Positions 55,698-64,000 of a stretch of DNA of 64,000 nt are shown here, in pieces (within the stretch, counting starts at the first letter, position 1; each line of letters opens with the position of its first letter). This DNA comes from a virus, in IMG/VR virus record IMGVR_UViG_3300050015_000276, positions 115,688-179,687 of that record; one strand, given 5' to 3'. The translations under genes and the position numbers were made by a program. The notes beneath the pieces are model-generated. The model ran no database searches. It was not told the DNA's origin and saw only the letters and a list, made by a program, of their open reading frames with translations.

Positions 55698-56129
55698 ATG
55701 CTTACAAAAGCCTTTGATAAAGTTGGACAAGAAATTACGAAAGGTTGTTTTATTGCATATGGACACGCCTTAGGTCGTTGTGCTGGACTTCGTATAGGCC
55801 GCGTTGAATCCGTAAATTTTTCAGAGAAAAAAGATTATGATTGGGATAATAAGAAAAATATCCTAGTTGATGACGTTTCAATTACCGTGTTGGGAATAGA
55901 TGATGATTGGGACAGGAAAAAACCTAAGTTACTTCAAAAGAAAAGTACTTTGTTCTTTCCTGAACGTATGATTGTATTGCTTTCTATCCCAGAAAAATTT
56001 GCTAAATTGTATGAAGATGACTGTGTGGCACAAGGTGGAAAACATTGTTGGATAAAAAATGAGGGCCTTTTTGCATACAAGAAATGTACCGTGTGCCACC
56101 TAGATACTAATCCCTTTAAGGATGATTAA
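55698..56129 (+). CDS. Hypothetical protein
   Basis: D..GQEI..G..IAY start. Confidence 0.65.
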   Translation: MLTKAFDKVGQEITKGCFIAYGHALGRCAGLRIGRVESVNFSEKKDYDWDNKKNILVDDVSITVLGIDDDWDRKKPKLLQKKSTLFFPERMIVLLSIPEKFAKLYEDDCVAQGGKHCWIKNEGLFAYKKCTVCHLDTNPFKDD

Positions 56130-56130
56130 T

Positions 56131-57348
56131 ATGGAACTTAATGTACAAAAATTTCTACGAGAAACTCCTGGTGGATTAATTTTACTTCAAGAATCTCCAT
56201 ATAACATTAGTGTTAAAGTCCATCCGGATTTCTCTGACTTATGCCAATTTACGTATTCTCAAATTGATTCTCCAAAAGGAGATCCGATTGTTAAAGAATG
56301 CCGTGGACTTATCCTAGATTCTCATAACGATTGGAATGTGGTTGCATTTCCATTTACTAGATTTTTTAATGATGGCGAATTTCAGGCTGCGACAATTGAT
56401 TGGAATACTGCAAGAGTCTATGAAAAAATTGATGGTACTCTTATCATCATGTACTATTACCTTGGTGCATGGAGAATTGCAACTCGTGGCAGCCCTGATG
56501 CTTCCGGTCCTGTTGTTGATTTTCCTTGGGAAGAACAAGGCGAAGAAGTTCCTTTAACTTTCAAACGTTTATTCTGGCACAGTATTGAGTATTGGCTTAA
56601 AGGCCTCAGTAAGTCTGGTGAATTTGATACTGACTGTACCTACATGTGGGAACTTACTTCCTTTTATAATCGGGTGGTTTGTGATTATACCGAAACCGGT
56701 CCACTAGGTGAATGTGAAGACGGATTTGGAAATAAAATCTTTATAGATGATTTGTGTGACAAAACTGGATATGCTCAAGATGGTTCCAGAGTTACACTTA
56801 TTGGTATCCGAGATAATAAGACATTTGAAGAATATGATATTAAATATTCCGATGCTCATTATAAAGCTAAGTCTTTTCCTTTAAGCAGTCTTCAAGAGGT
56901 AATTGAAGCGGCCGCGGTTCTGAATCCATTAAAAATGGAAGGTTTTGTTGTGGTTGATGGTAATTGGAATCGTATAAAAATTAAATCTCCGTCTTACGTT
57001 TCGATACACCATTTGAGGGATGGTAATCCGAGAAAGCGTTTGATGGAAATTATCAAGTCTGGTGAAAATGATGAAATGTTGGCATATAAAATACTTGATG
57101 ATTTCCCTGCCGAAAAGGCTTTATATTTGGAGATACTTGAAAAGGTTGATCAATTGATCTTGACAACTGAAAAATTTTATGATATCATTAAAGATATTGA
57201 AGATCAAAAAACTTTCGCCCTGGAGGCTTTAAAGTCTCCTATGTCGGCTGCGATGTTTTCTGTTCGAAAAGATAAGGCGAAAACTATCCGTCAATTCATA
57301 CTTTCTATACAAACGGATAAACTATTAAATTTTATTGATAAACTGTAA
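56131..57348 (+). CDS. rnlA: RNA ligase 1 (T4 RnlA-like)
   Basis: ECRGLI, PF.RFFN, YEKIDGTLI, T..WEL, EGFVV, IKIKS..Y. Confidence 0.88.
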   Translation: MELNVQKFLRETPGGLILLQESPYNISVKVHPDFSDLCQFTYSQIDSPKGDPIVKECRGLILDSHNDWNVVAFPFTRFFNDGEFQAATIDWNTARVYEKIDGTLIIMYYYLGAWRIATRGSPDASGPVVDFPWEEQGEEVPLTFKRLFWHSIEYWLKGLSKSGEFDTDCTYMWELTSFYNRVVCDYTETGPLGECEDGFGNKIFIDDLCDKTGYAQDGSRVTLIGIRDNKTFEEYDIKYSDAHYKAKSFPLSSLQEVIEAAAVLNPLKMEGFVVVDGNWNRIKIKSPSYVSIHHLRDGNPRKRLMEIIKSGENDEMLAYKILDDFPAEKALYLEILEKVDQLILTTEKFYDIIKDIEDQKTFALEALKSPMSAAMFSVRKDKAKTIRQFILSIQTDKLLNFIDKL

Positions 57349-57551
57349 TCGCCGCAGTTAATGAAGAAATTATTAGAGATATTTACTTCAATAATGTTAA
57401 TGGAATTTTAACTGTTGGTCTAGATGATACAGATGAGGATATTATTGAGCAAGTAAAACGAAAGAATTGGAATGGTGGAGAAATTGAATGCCCTATAGGT
57501 ATGTTACGGCCAGGATTTAAAGGCCAGGGTTGGTATCAGAAATAATACGTA

Positions 57552-58214
57552 ATGTACGAACACTTAAATATCCAAATACCCGAAATCGCTATCCAAGAAA
57601 CTCCAGATGGATCAGATCAGAGACTTTATAGAACTCCAAAGGGAGAACTACTACCATCAATTACGACAGTTTTAGCTCCTCTCAAAGAAGATATACTTAA
57701 GAAATGGCGAGAACGTGTTGGTGATACTGTGGCTAACATAGAAAGCCAATGGGGAAGGGATCGCGGATCTGCCTTACATTTGGCATTAGAAGATGTCCTT
57801 AAAAATAAAAGCATAAAAGAACATCCACTTTTAATTCAAATGTTAGTTCAGGATTTAATGCCTTATCTTAAAAAGATTGGCAAAATACATTGTCAAGAAG
57901 TTGCACTTTTTTCGGATTATTTCAAAATTGCTGGCCGGTGCGATTGTATTGCCGAGTATGGCGGAAAATTATCCATTGTGGACTTTAAGGGATCCAAGAG
58001 AACAAAGAGATACGAATGGGTAATTGACTACTTCTTACAGACCGCATTTTACGCCTATTCCTATTGGGAACGTACAGGTTATAAGATTGAACAGTCAGTA
58101 ATTCTTATAGGAACAGAACAAGGTGCCGCCCAAGAGTTTATTGAATTGCCTTGGAAGTGGTGGAAAGAACTTAAAGAGGTAAGAAAACAATTCAAAAATA
58201 GGTATGGTATATGA
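57552..58214 (+). CDS. PD-(D/E)xK exonuclease (Cas4-like phage exonuclease)
   Basis: R.Y.TP.G...PSITTVL, RG..LH, AGRCDCI, IVDFK.S, Y.LQ...Y. Confidence 0.85.
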   Translation: MYEHLNIQIPEIAIQETPDGSDQRLYRTPKGELLPSITTVLAPLKEDILKKWRERVGDTVANIESQWGRDRGSALHLALEDVLKNKSIKEHPLLIQMLVQDLMPYLKKIGKIHCQEVALFSDYFKIAGRCDCIAEYGGKLSIVDFKGSKRTKRYEWVIDYFLQTAFYAYSYWERTGYKIEQSVILIGTEQGAAQEFIELPWKWWKELKEVRKQFKNRYGI

Positions 58215-58420
58215 ATAAAATAATTCCAATGAATAACCGAAATTTTCCGGTAACAGCGTGTGGACAATGTCCTTTCTTTGAATATGATTCTATGAGGGGA
58301 GAATACCATAGATGTAAGGCGAGTGACAGGGCTTATCCAGAATTTGACACAATCGCAAAACATTGTCCATTAATAGACGAACCGGCTTTTAATCAGAACC
58401 TATCCGAAAAGTATTTGTAG
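58211..58420 (+). CDS. Small Cys-rich hypothetical protein
   Basis: C..CPF...C...CPL. Confidence 0.55.
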   Translation: MNKIIPMNNRNFPVTACGQCPFFEYDSMRGEYHRCKASDRAYPEFDTIAKHCPLIDEPAFNQNLSEKYL

Positions 58421-58429
58421 AAGGAATAA

Positions 58430-58681
58430 ATGATAATCACAAAAGAAGAGAAGTTTACAGAGTCACAACAAAAAGATTTAGTAGAACTAGCCAACCAATC
58501 ATATGATCGTGGTGGGGCCGATGCTTTGGCAATCGTTATTGAAACTGCAATGCAGATTGCAAAAGATGAACCGAACCTAAAAGCCTATGCTGGATTTGTA
58601 ATACATGTAGTTGAAGGAGTTCGTCAACGATTGGCTGAGGTCGTTGCTGGCCAGCAAGTTATGGATATAGAACCCTATTAA
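58430..58681 (+). CDS. Hypothetical protein
   Basis: RBS AAGGA. Confidence 0.6.
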   Translation: MIITKEEKFTESQQKDLVELANQSYDRGGADALAIVIETAMQIAKDEPNLKAYAGFVIHVVEGVRQRLAEVVAGQQVMDIEPY

Positions 58682-58756
58682 TTGAAACTAAAGTCAACGA
58701 GGATCATCTAATTATTAGTAACATAAATATTCCTGTACTTAGAAAGAGGAATTATT

Positions 58757-58960
58757 ATGAGTTTGTTAGGATTGATTCTCGTTCTACTAGTTGTTGGAGT
58801 TGCTTTGTATCTGATTAATCAATACATTCCAATGGCTGCTCCCATTAAAACAATTTTAAACGTTGTTGTTATAGTTGCCACTGTGGTTTGGTTATTATCT
58901 ATAACCGGATTAGTAGGCACAACATTTATTGGACCCATGCACCCCCATCTATTCCGATAA
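58757..58960 (+). CDS. Small two-TM membrane protein
   Basis: L..GV.LYLIN.YIPM...IK.ILN.VV...V.WLL. Confidence 0.75.
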   Translation: MSLLGLILVLLVVGVALYLINQYIPMAAPIKTILNVVVIVATVVWLLSITGLVGTTFIGPMHPHLFR

Positions 58961-58971
58961 AATAAATTCAA

Positions 58972-59178
58972 ATGGAACCAAATCTTCATAAGTGGTTTGA
59001 TATACGCGTTAATCATAAACATTGCCATATATGGGGATCTTGGGTCTTATTGGACACCAAAAATATAAAGTATAACCGGGTGGTTCAAGGCCAAAGATAC
59101 ACTTTGCAGCGAACTTGCACCACCTGTGGTCACGTAGAGTACCAAATAAAAGAACGCAAATTGAACTTGACATCTTGA
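58972..59178 (+). CDS. Hypothetical protein
   Basis: H.H.W...Q.R.C..CG pattern. Confidence 0.5.
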   Translation: MEPNLHKWFDIRVNHKHCHIWGSWVLLDTKNIKYNRVVQGQRYTLQRTCTTCGHVEYQIKERKLNLTS

Positions 59179-59196
59179 ATGTAATTGTGTTATCAT
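59167..59196 (+). promoter_or_regulatory. sigma70-like early promoter
   Basis: TTGACA-18nt-TATCAT. Confidence 0.65.
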
Positions 59197-59202
59197 TTTA
59201 TT

Positions 59203-59412
59203 ATGAAACCAAATTATTTCATCGTTGTTGATGACCAAACGATAAATTTAAGGCGTATCCAATATTCGTCTTCTACTGGAACTAAAAGCGATAGACATAT
59301 CGCTTTTATCTCGGAGATCAGAGACAATAAAACTCTAAATGAACTTATCAATTTCTTTAGGGCAAATGGAATAACAGATGATGGGTATGGAATTACAAAT
59401 AAATGGGCATAA
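59203..59412 (+). CDS. Hypothetical protein
   Basis: ORF after promoter. Confidence 0.5.
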   Translation: MKPNYFIVVDDQTINLRRIQYSSSTGTKSDRHIAFISEIRDNKTLNELINFFRANGITDDGYGITNKWA

Positions 59413-59422
59413 GTGAAATATT

Positions 59423-60403
59423 ATGAGTAAACCAGAAAATAGAAATAACCAGAAAATTATTCTTTGTATTGGTCTTCCGGGTTCTGGAAAAACTTTTTGG
59501 GCCCAACAACAAATTGCTGCTGCAAAGTTTCGTGGTGAAATTTTTGTTCGGGTAAATAATGATGATATCCGAGATGAACTAAATGGGGGTCCATTTGATC
59601 ATAGTGTTTGGACTCCTAAATTTGAATCTGAAGTCCGAAAGATTCGTTTGGAGAGAATTGCAAACGCTTTGAAGGATGGTTTTAGTGTTATCGTTGATAA
59701 TACCCATCTCAACGAAAAAACATTGAAGAGTTTGAAAACTTGGGCATTTCAGAATTTTCCTCATGTATTTATTGAAGAGAAAGATTTTCGAGATGTTCCG
59801 TTCCAAACATGTTTGGAACGTGACGCTGCTCGTATGGTTAGTGGTGAACGTGGAGTAGGACCCGAAGTGATTATGAAGATGGCAAAAGGGGCTAATCTAA
59901 TCCCCGAAGTCACACCATACCCTGTCGATTGGAAATTACCATGGACAATCATATGTGATTTGGATGGTACTTTGGCATTGTTTGGTAATCGAAGAAATCC
60001 ATATGACGCATCAAATTGCGACTTCACGGACGAACCAAACTTAACCGTTTTGAGTTTGTTAAAAAGTTATCAGGGCAATTATCGTAGTGGTCATATAGCA
60101 TGGCCGAATGTTTCAAAAACATTTTTCTTTTCTGGACGTACCGACAAATATAAAGATCCTACTATTCGTTTCCTTTTAAATAAATGTAATTTTGATGTTG
60201 TTGGTGATTCTTATTTTGAATTGGTAATGCGTAAGACTGGAGATTCTAGGGCTGATGAAATTATCAAGAAGGAAATGTTTGATGAACATATTCGTGGCAA
60301 ATATAATGTTTTTGTTATTATTGATGACCGGAATAAAGTTTGCAGAATGTGGAGATCATTGGGACTTCCTTTATTTCAGGTAGGAACCGGTGAAGAATTT
60401 TAA
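59423..60403 (+). CDS. pseT: Polynucleotide 5'-kinase / 3'-phosphatase (T4 PseT-like)
   Basis: GLPGSGKT, N.DDIR, DNTH; HAD domain DLDGT...SGR...R.D..IK...DDR. Confidence 0.93.
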   Translation: MSKPENRNNQKIILCIGLPGSGKTFWAQQQIAAAKFRGEIFVRVNNDDIRDELNGGPFDHSVWTPKFESEVRKIRLERIANALKDGFSVIVDNTHLNEKTLKSLKTWAFQNFPHVFIEEKDFRDVPFQTCLERDAARMVSGERGVGPEVIMKMAKGANLIPEVTPYPVDWKLPWTIICDLDGTLALFGNRRNPYDASNCDFTDEPNLTVLSLLKSYQGNYRSGHIAWPNVSKTFFFSGRTDKYKDPTIRFLLNKCNFDVVGDSYFELVMRKTGDSRADEIIKKEMFDEHIRGKYNVFVIIDDRNKVCRMWRSLGLPLFQVGTGEEF

Positions 60404-60410
60404 TTCTATA

Positions 60411-60439
60411 TTGACATCCATTTGATTTCGTGTTATCAT
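60411..60439 (+). promoter_or_regulatory. sigma70-like early promoter
   Basis: TTGACA-17nt-TATCAT. Confidence 0.75.
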
Positions 60440-60446
60440 TTATTTG

Positions 60447-60842
60447 ATGAGTACAATATACACCCCGAAACATGAAGACGTTGTGGATATGTTTCTGACC
60501 CAGCATTTTGAAGATCGTATGGCTTTTAGATTTCCAGGATTTAAATTCAAGGATAATCTAAAAATCTTTGTTACTTACTGCGAGAGTCCGAATGCCGAAT
60601 CAATGTGGGCCATTCCTATTGTGGGTGGATATGTAATAGGTAAATGGATTCCATCCAAACATGGTAGCTTTATTAAGGGAATTTATATTGCTCAATCGGC
60701 ATTATGGAATTGGCAATTTAAACGTTCAGAGTTTACGAAAGTAAAATCAGTACAGATTCAATTCCGCCGTGTCATTAGCCAGACAGCAAACAAAGCTAAG
60801 TGTGGTAAAGGAAGACCTAATGATATGGAAACGAAATCTTGA
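60447..60842 (+). CDS. Hypothetical protein
   Basis: ORF after promoter. Confidence 0.55.
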   Translation: MSTIYTPKHEDVVDMFLTQHFEDRMAFRFPGFKFKDNLKIFVTYCESPNAESMWAIPIVGGYVIGKWIPSKHGSFIKGIYIAQSALWNWQFKRSEFTKVKSVQIQFRRVISQTANKAKCGKGRPNDMETKS

Positions 60843-61146
60843 AGAAATTGCGGGTAAATTGGTTGATATGCCTCCTGCACCATGGAGATTACATATTGAT
60901 GATTATATTTGTGTAACTGATGCTGATGGAAATGAATTATTTTTCGTAGAAAATACTATTGAACAGTATCATCTTTTAAATACGATTTGTATGCTGCGGA
61001 ATAATTGTGAACTGTGGTTTGACGAAATGAAATCCGCAGGCATTAGTGATATTGTATTGCCAAAAAAGAAACAATCACCAAAACCGAAATGTGTGGTTCC
61101 GCCGACACCAGAGTTGGTAACGTTCAATATAAGTGAGAAACTATGA
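60820..61146 (+). CDS. Hypothetical protein
   Basis: P.PW motif; packed ORF. Confidence 0.55.
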   Translation: MIWKRNLEEIAGKLVDMPPAPWRLHIDDYICVTDADGNELFFVENTIEQYHLLNTICMLRNNCELWFDEMKSAGISDIVLPKKKQSPKPKCVVPPTPELVTFNISEKL

Positions 61147-61385
61147 CACCGATCAATGAAACTAAAGAAGCACTCCGCCAAGGATTATGCACCTTGGTTT
61201 ATGAGAAGTTGGATGGTGAGATGAGGACTGCAATTGGAACTCTCAACTCCGATTTTATTCCGGTAAGATTTACACCAAAGAATACTGGTCATCCTAATGT
61301 TGATCTAGTATCTTATTTTGATGTTGACCGACAAGGTTGGCGATCATTCTGGCCTGAGAGGTTACGGTCTTTGAGTTTGGTTTAA
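61143..61385 (+). CDS. SH3/WYL-like small phage protein
   Basis: YEK.DGE.R.A.GTL...YFD.D..GWRSF. Confidence 0.75.
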   Translation: MTPINETKEALRQGLCTLVYEKLDGEMRTAIGTLNSDFIPVRFTPKNTGHPNVDLVSYFDVDRQGWRSFWPERLRSLSLV

Positions 61386-62139
61386 ACCTCTGGGAGGCCT
61401 TCCTAAAATAAATCCTTTTGGGAGGGCTTCACCTATATTTAAATATTTTTGTTCGCTATTATTAGGATTCCATATCCAAAATCTTTTTAGTCGATTTAAA
61501 GCTTTTTGTCTCATTTTTTCTTTGGATTCTTCTGAATGCTTCTTATCGTACATTCCATTCATTTCACCTGATGCAGAACGATTTCCATTCAAATAACTTT
61601 GTTTCATGGATTTTTTAATAGTTTCAATTTGTTCTGGTGATCTTTTGAGACCGCTATTTGCCTTTGAAATTTTATCTTTGGTGGTTTTTGTTAAATGTGT
61701 TCCTAATTGTATTTTTGGATTATTTTCCGAGATTTTCTTTTTAGTTTCTTCGGAATGATGTTTGCCATACATACCAATTATTTTCAATTTATGATTTTTC
61801 TTAGCAACTTCACTTCTTTTTAATAAATCATCTTTTGAAAATTTTATACCAATTACACCATCTCCACCTCTAGTTAAATTATATCCAAAATTTTTTTGAT
61901 TTGTTTTATACTTGTCGATATAAAATATTTCTTTTTCTTTGGCATTTTCAAAAGATAAATTTGTTTCTAGGACAGCCAATTTAAAGTTTTCTGCACCATA
62001 TTTTTTAATAGCGGAAAAGAGATAGTAACCTCGTTTTTTGATGTTGCTTCCATCTCTTTTCCGGATCTAGTTTGGTATAGCCAATATATTTCTTTTGTTT
62101 GATATTATTTTCTAAAAGGTAAATTGAATAAGAATCCAT
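61362..62139 (-). pseudogene. GIY-YIG homing endonuclease with NUMOD3 repeats, frameshifted at the T6 run 62034-62039
   Basis: ATG at 62139 gives SIY-x10-YIG (MDSYSIYLLENNIKQKKYIGYT...RWKQH). The catalytic domain continues as RGYYLFSAIKKYGAENF...GYNLTRGG in another frame. Confidence 0.8.
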
Positions 62140-62165
62140 AATATTAAATTATGATATTTGAGGAA

Positions 62166-62897
62166 TTAAAAATCTTCCATATTCATTTTTAATTGGTGTT
62201 TTGCAGTTAAAAATTCTTTAACAAATCCACTACGGACAATATCTTCTGTTCCAAATTCAATAAATGAAACACTTTCCATCAATTCCAAAATATCAAAAAT
62301 TTTTATTAATCCGCTAGTATCATATTTGTTACGATATAAATCTGATTGATCTATATCACCACAAAGAATAATTTGACAATTATTACCAACTCGGGTTAAA
62401 ATTGTACTAATTTCCTCAAAATTCATATTTTGGATTTCTTCCACAATAATTATAGCATCATCAAGTGTTGTTCCTCTTAGATGTGATGTGGTGATAAATT
62501 CTACTAATTTTTTTTGTTTTAAGACTTCGTAGGCATCACCACGACCGAATAATTCAGAACAAATTCTTTGATATGGTGTTTCATAAACTGCCATTTTTTC
62601 ACCAGCCGTTCCGGGTAAAAATCCCATATCTCTAGATGGAACTATACTACGGACAATAATAACACGCTGATGTTTTCCTGCCAAAACTTCTTTAAAAGCT
62701 AACCACATGGATAAAAAAGTCTTGCCAGTACCAGCCACACCATGTAGGACTAAATTAAAATCACGATTAAACGAATCTATTGTTAATGATTGGTTCGTGG
62801 TTTTAGCTTCAACCTTTTTCAGTGAAAATGGAGGTGACTTCACTTTCTTTTTTGACACCTGTGGTTTTTCTTTTTGGGGAATTTTTCTATTACTCAT
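62166..62897 (-). CDS. phoH: PhoH-family ATPase
   Basis: GVAGTGKT, RS.V..R..GFLPG, RG.T.D.A.I.VEE.QN, GD..QSDL, DIVRS. Confidence 0.95.
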   Translation of the reverse strand: MSNRKIPQKEKPQVSKKKVKSPPFSLKKVEAKTTNQSLTIDSFNRDFNLVLHGVAGTGKTFLSMWLAFKEVLAGKHQRVIIVRSIVPSRDMGFLPGTAGEKMAVYETPYQRICSELFGRGDAYEVLKQKKLVEFITTSHLRGTTLDDAIIIVEEIQNMNFEEISTILTRVGNNCQIILCGDIDQSDLYRNKYDTSGLIKIFDILELMESVSFIEFGTEDIVRSGFVKEFLTAKHQLKMNMEDF

Positions 62898-62902
62898 TTA
62901 AG

Positions 62903-63229
62903 CTATATGGTTCGGCCAGGTTGAAAATTGGCCTTTGAAAAGCTAACATTCTTTCTTTGTAATTTACCATCTTTTCCTACGATAGATCGGTCGGGCACTG
63001 ATTTCTCCATACGTCCAAGTACACCATGTAGAAATTCTGAAGGTGGTTTCGTAATACCAAGCCGTATTGGATCTCCAAGGGCGCTGGGGGAGCTTAAAAA
63101 TTGTTCAATACATTTTTCTTTTTTACAAAAAGGACATGGAAGATTTTCTGGTAATTTATGATCTATCATATTCATATATCGTTCAAAAGATTGATGACAT
63201 TCGGTACATCGATATTCGTATGCTATCAT
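62903..63229 (-). CDS. FmdB-like zinc-ribbon protein
   Basis: YEY.C..C...CP.C...GDPIRLG..KP..F...L. Confidence 0.7.
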   Translation of the reverse strand: MIAYEYRCTECHQSFERYMNMIDHKLPENLPCPFCKKEKCIEQFLSSPSALGDPIRLGITKPPSEFLHGVLGRMEKSVPDRSIVGKDGKLQRKNVSFSKANFQPGRTI

Positions 63230-63993
63230 TTATTTTCCTTATTCGTAATTCTATTTAGATATAATTTTCGTGATTCCGACATTTTCTTTTTGGTTTCTTC
63301 CGAAACTTTTTTACCTAATTTGGTTTCACTTATTTTTCTTTTTGTTTCTTCGGAATGTTTCATATTATGTTTTCCTTTATGAGACGCAGACATTTTCTTT
63401 CTGGTTTCCTCAGAAATAGGTTTCCTATTTTTGGCAGATTCTCGCATTTTCTTTTTAGTTTCTTCTGGTGTTTTATAACCTAATTTATTTTTATTTCCTT
63501 TGTGAACTGCGCCCATTTTCTTCTTGGATTCTTCAGAACGCTTTCTTCCTGCCTGATAATTATTTTTACCTTTGCGAATTTCGGATAATTTCTTTTTAGT
63601 TTCTTCTGAGTGTTTTCTTCCATAGAAAGGATGGTTAATTCCAGAACACAATTTACGGTTAGAAATTTTTATTTTGTTATAGGAAATAATATTAATAATT
63701 CTTTTATTTTGTTGATTTTGGTTTACCTGACCCATACGATCAAAAGCCAACCACATTTTAGCTTTTAATTTTCCCATTACCATCTTAAGTAACAGATGAT
63801 GGCATACCCAATGTTCCTTAAATGACAATGGAATCTTTTCTGATTCTGGTAATCCGAGAAATTTGGTAATACATTTAGGAACAATATGATGTTTCTCGGT
63901 ATAAAATTCTGGTTTAATCCTGGCTTTGGCACGGTCAATAATTCGGTAATAGGTTTTGGTGTATTTGTTATCGAGATAAATAGTATCAGGCAT
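63226..63993 (-). mobile_element. HNH-type homing endonuclease with NUMOD3 repeats (paralog of 25928-26560)
   Basis: Identical first 23 codons; EKHHIVPK...EHWVCHHLL; multiple NUMOD3 repeats. Confidence 0.85.
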
Positions 63994-64000
63994 TTGTATT

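Noticed and set aside
57342-57544. Open frame after rnlA (…NEEIIRDIYFNNVNG…QGWYQK)
   Set aside because: No canonical start codon after the upstream stop; possibly a remnant, not supportable as a CDS.
1-64000. CRISPR array, DGR/retron, group I/II intron, or stop-codon reassignment
   Set aside because: No regularly spaced repeats, no reverse transcriptase, and no intron-interrupted core gene seen. Long genes are intact under the standard code and no clear suppressor tRNA is present.

Overview
A 64-kb segment of a large, AT-rich T4-superfamily (T4-like) bacteriophage genome, almost all on the + strand. The replication core is present: gp45 clamp, gp44/gp62 loader, RegA, gp43 PolB, UvsX, gp41 helicase, gp61 primase and ATP-dependent ligase. 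Nucleotide metabolism genes include IMPDH/GMPR, dUTPase, dNTP diphosphohydrolase/HD hydrolases, an intein-containing ThyX-like protein and a class II RNR. There is an NAD+ salvage pair (NMNAT-Nudix plus NAMPT), RNA repair genes (two RNA ligases, PNKP), a macro-domain protein, glycosyltransferases, a CobS/CobT-like AAA+/VWA pair, PhoH and five free-standing homing-endonuclease-like genes. A ~20-kb island separates regA from gene 43 and carries most of the 16 tRNA or tRNA-like genes. Several are non-standard: Leu with anticodon AAG, Ile with anticodon UAU and a long arm, a rearranged Arg-like RNA, and an anticodon-less Glu-like RNA. The most unexplained signal is non-coding: a ~160-nt multi-hairpin element with its own promoter, a ~94-bp structured repeat present twice 38 kb apart, and several pseudoknot or long-stem elements directly behind tRNAs or in gene leaders. 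Three genes are broken by single frameshifts at simple repeats. All family calls come from motif recognition by eye and all RNA structures from manual base-pairing; no searches or folding programs were run.
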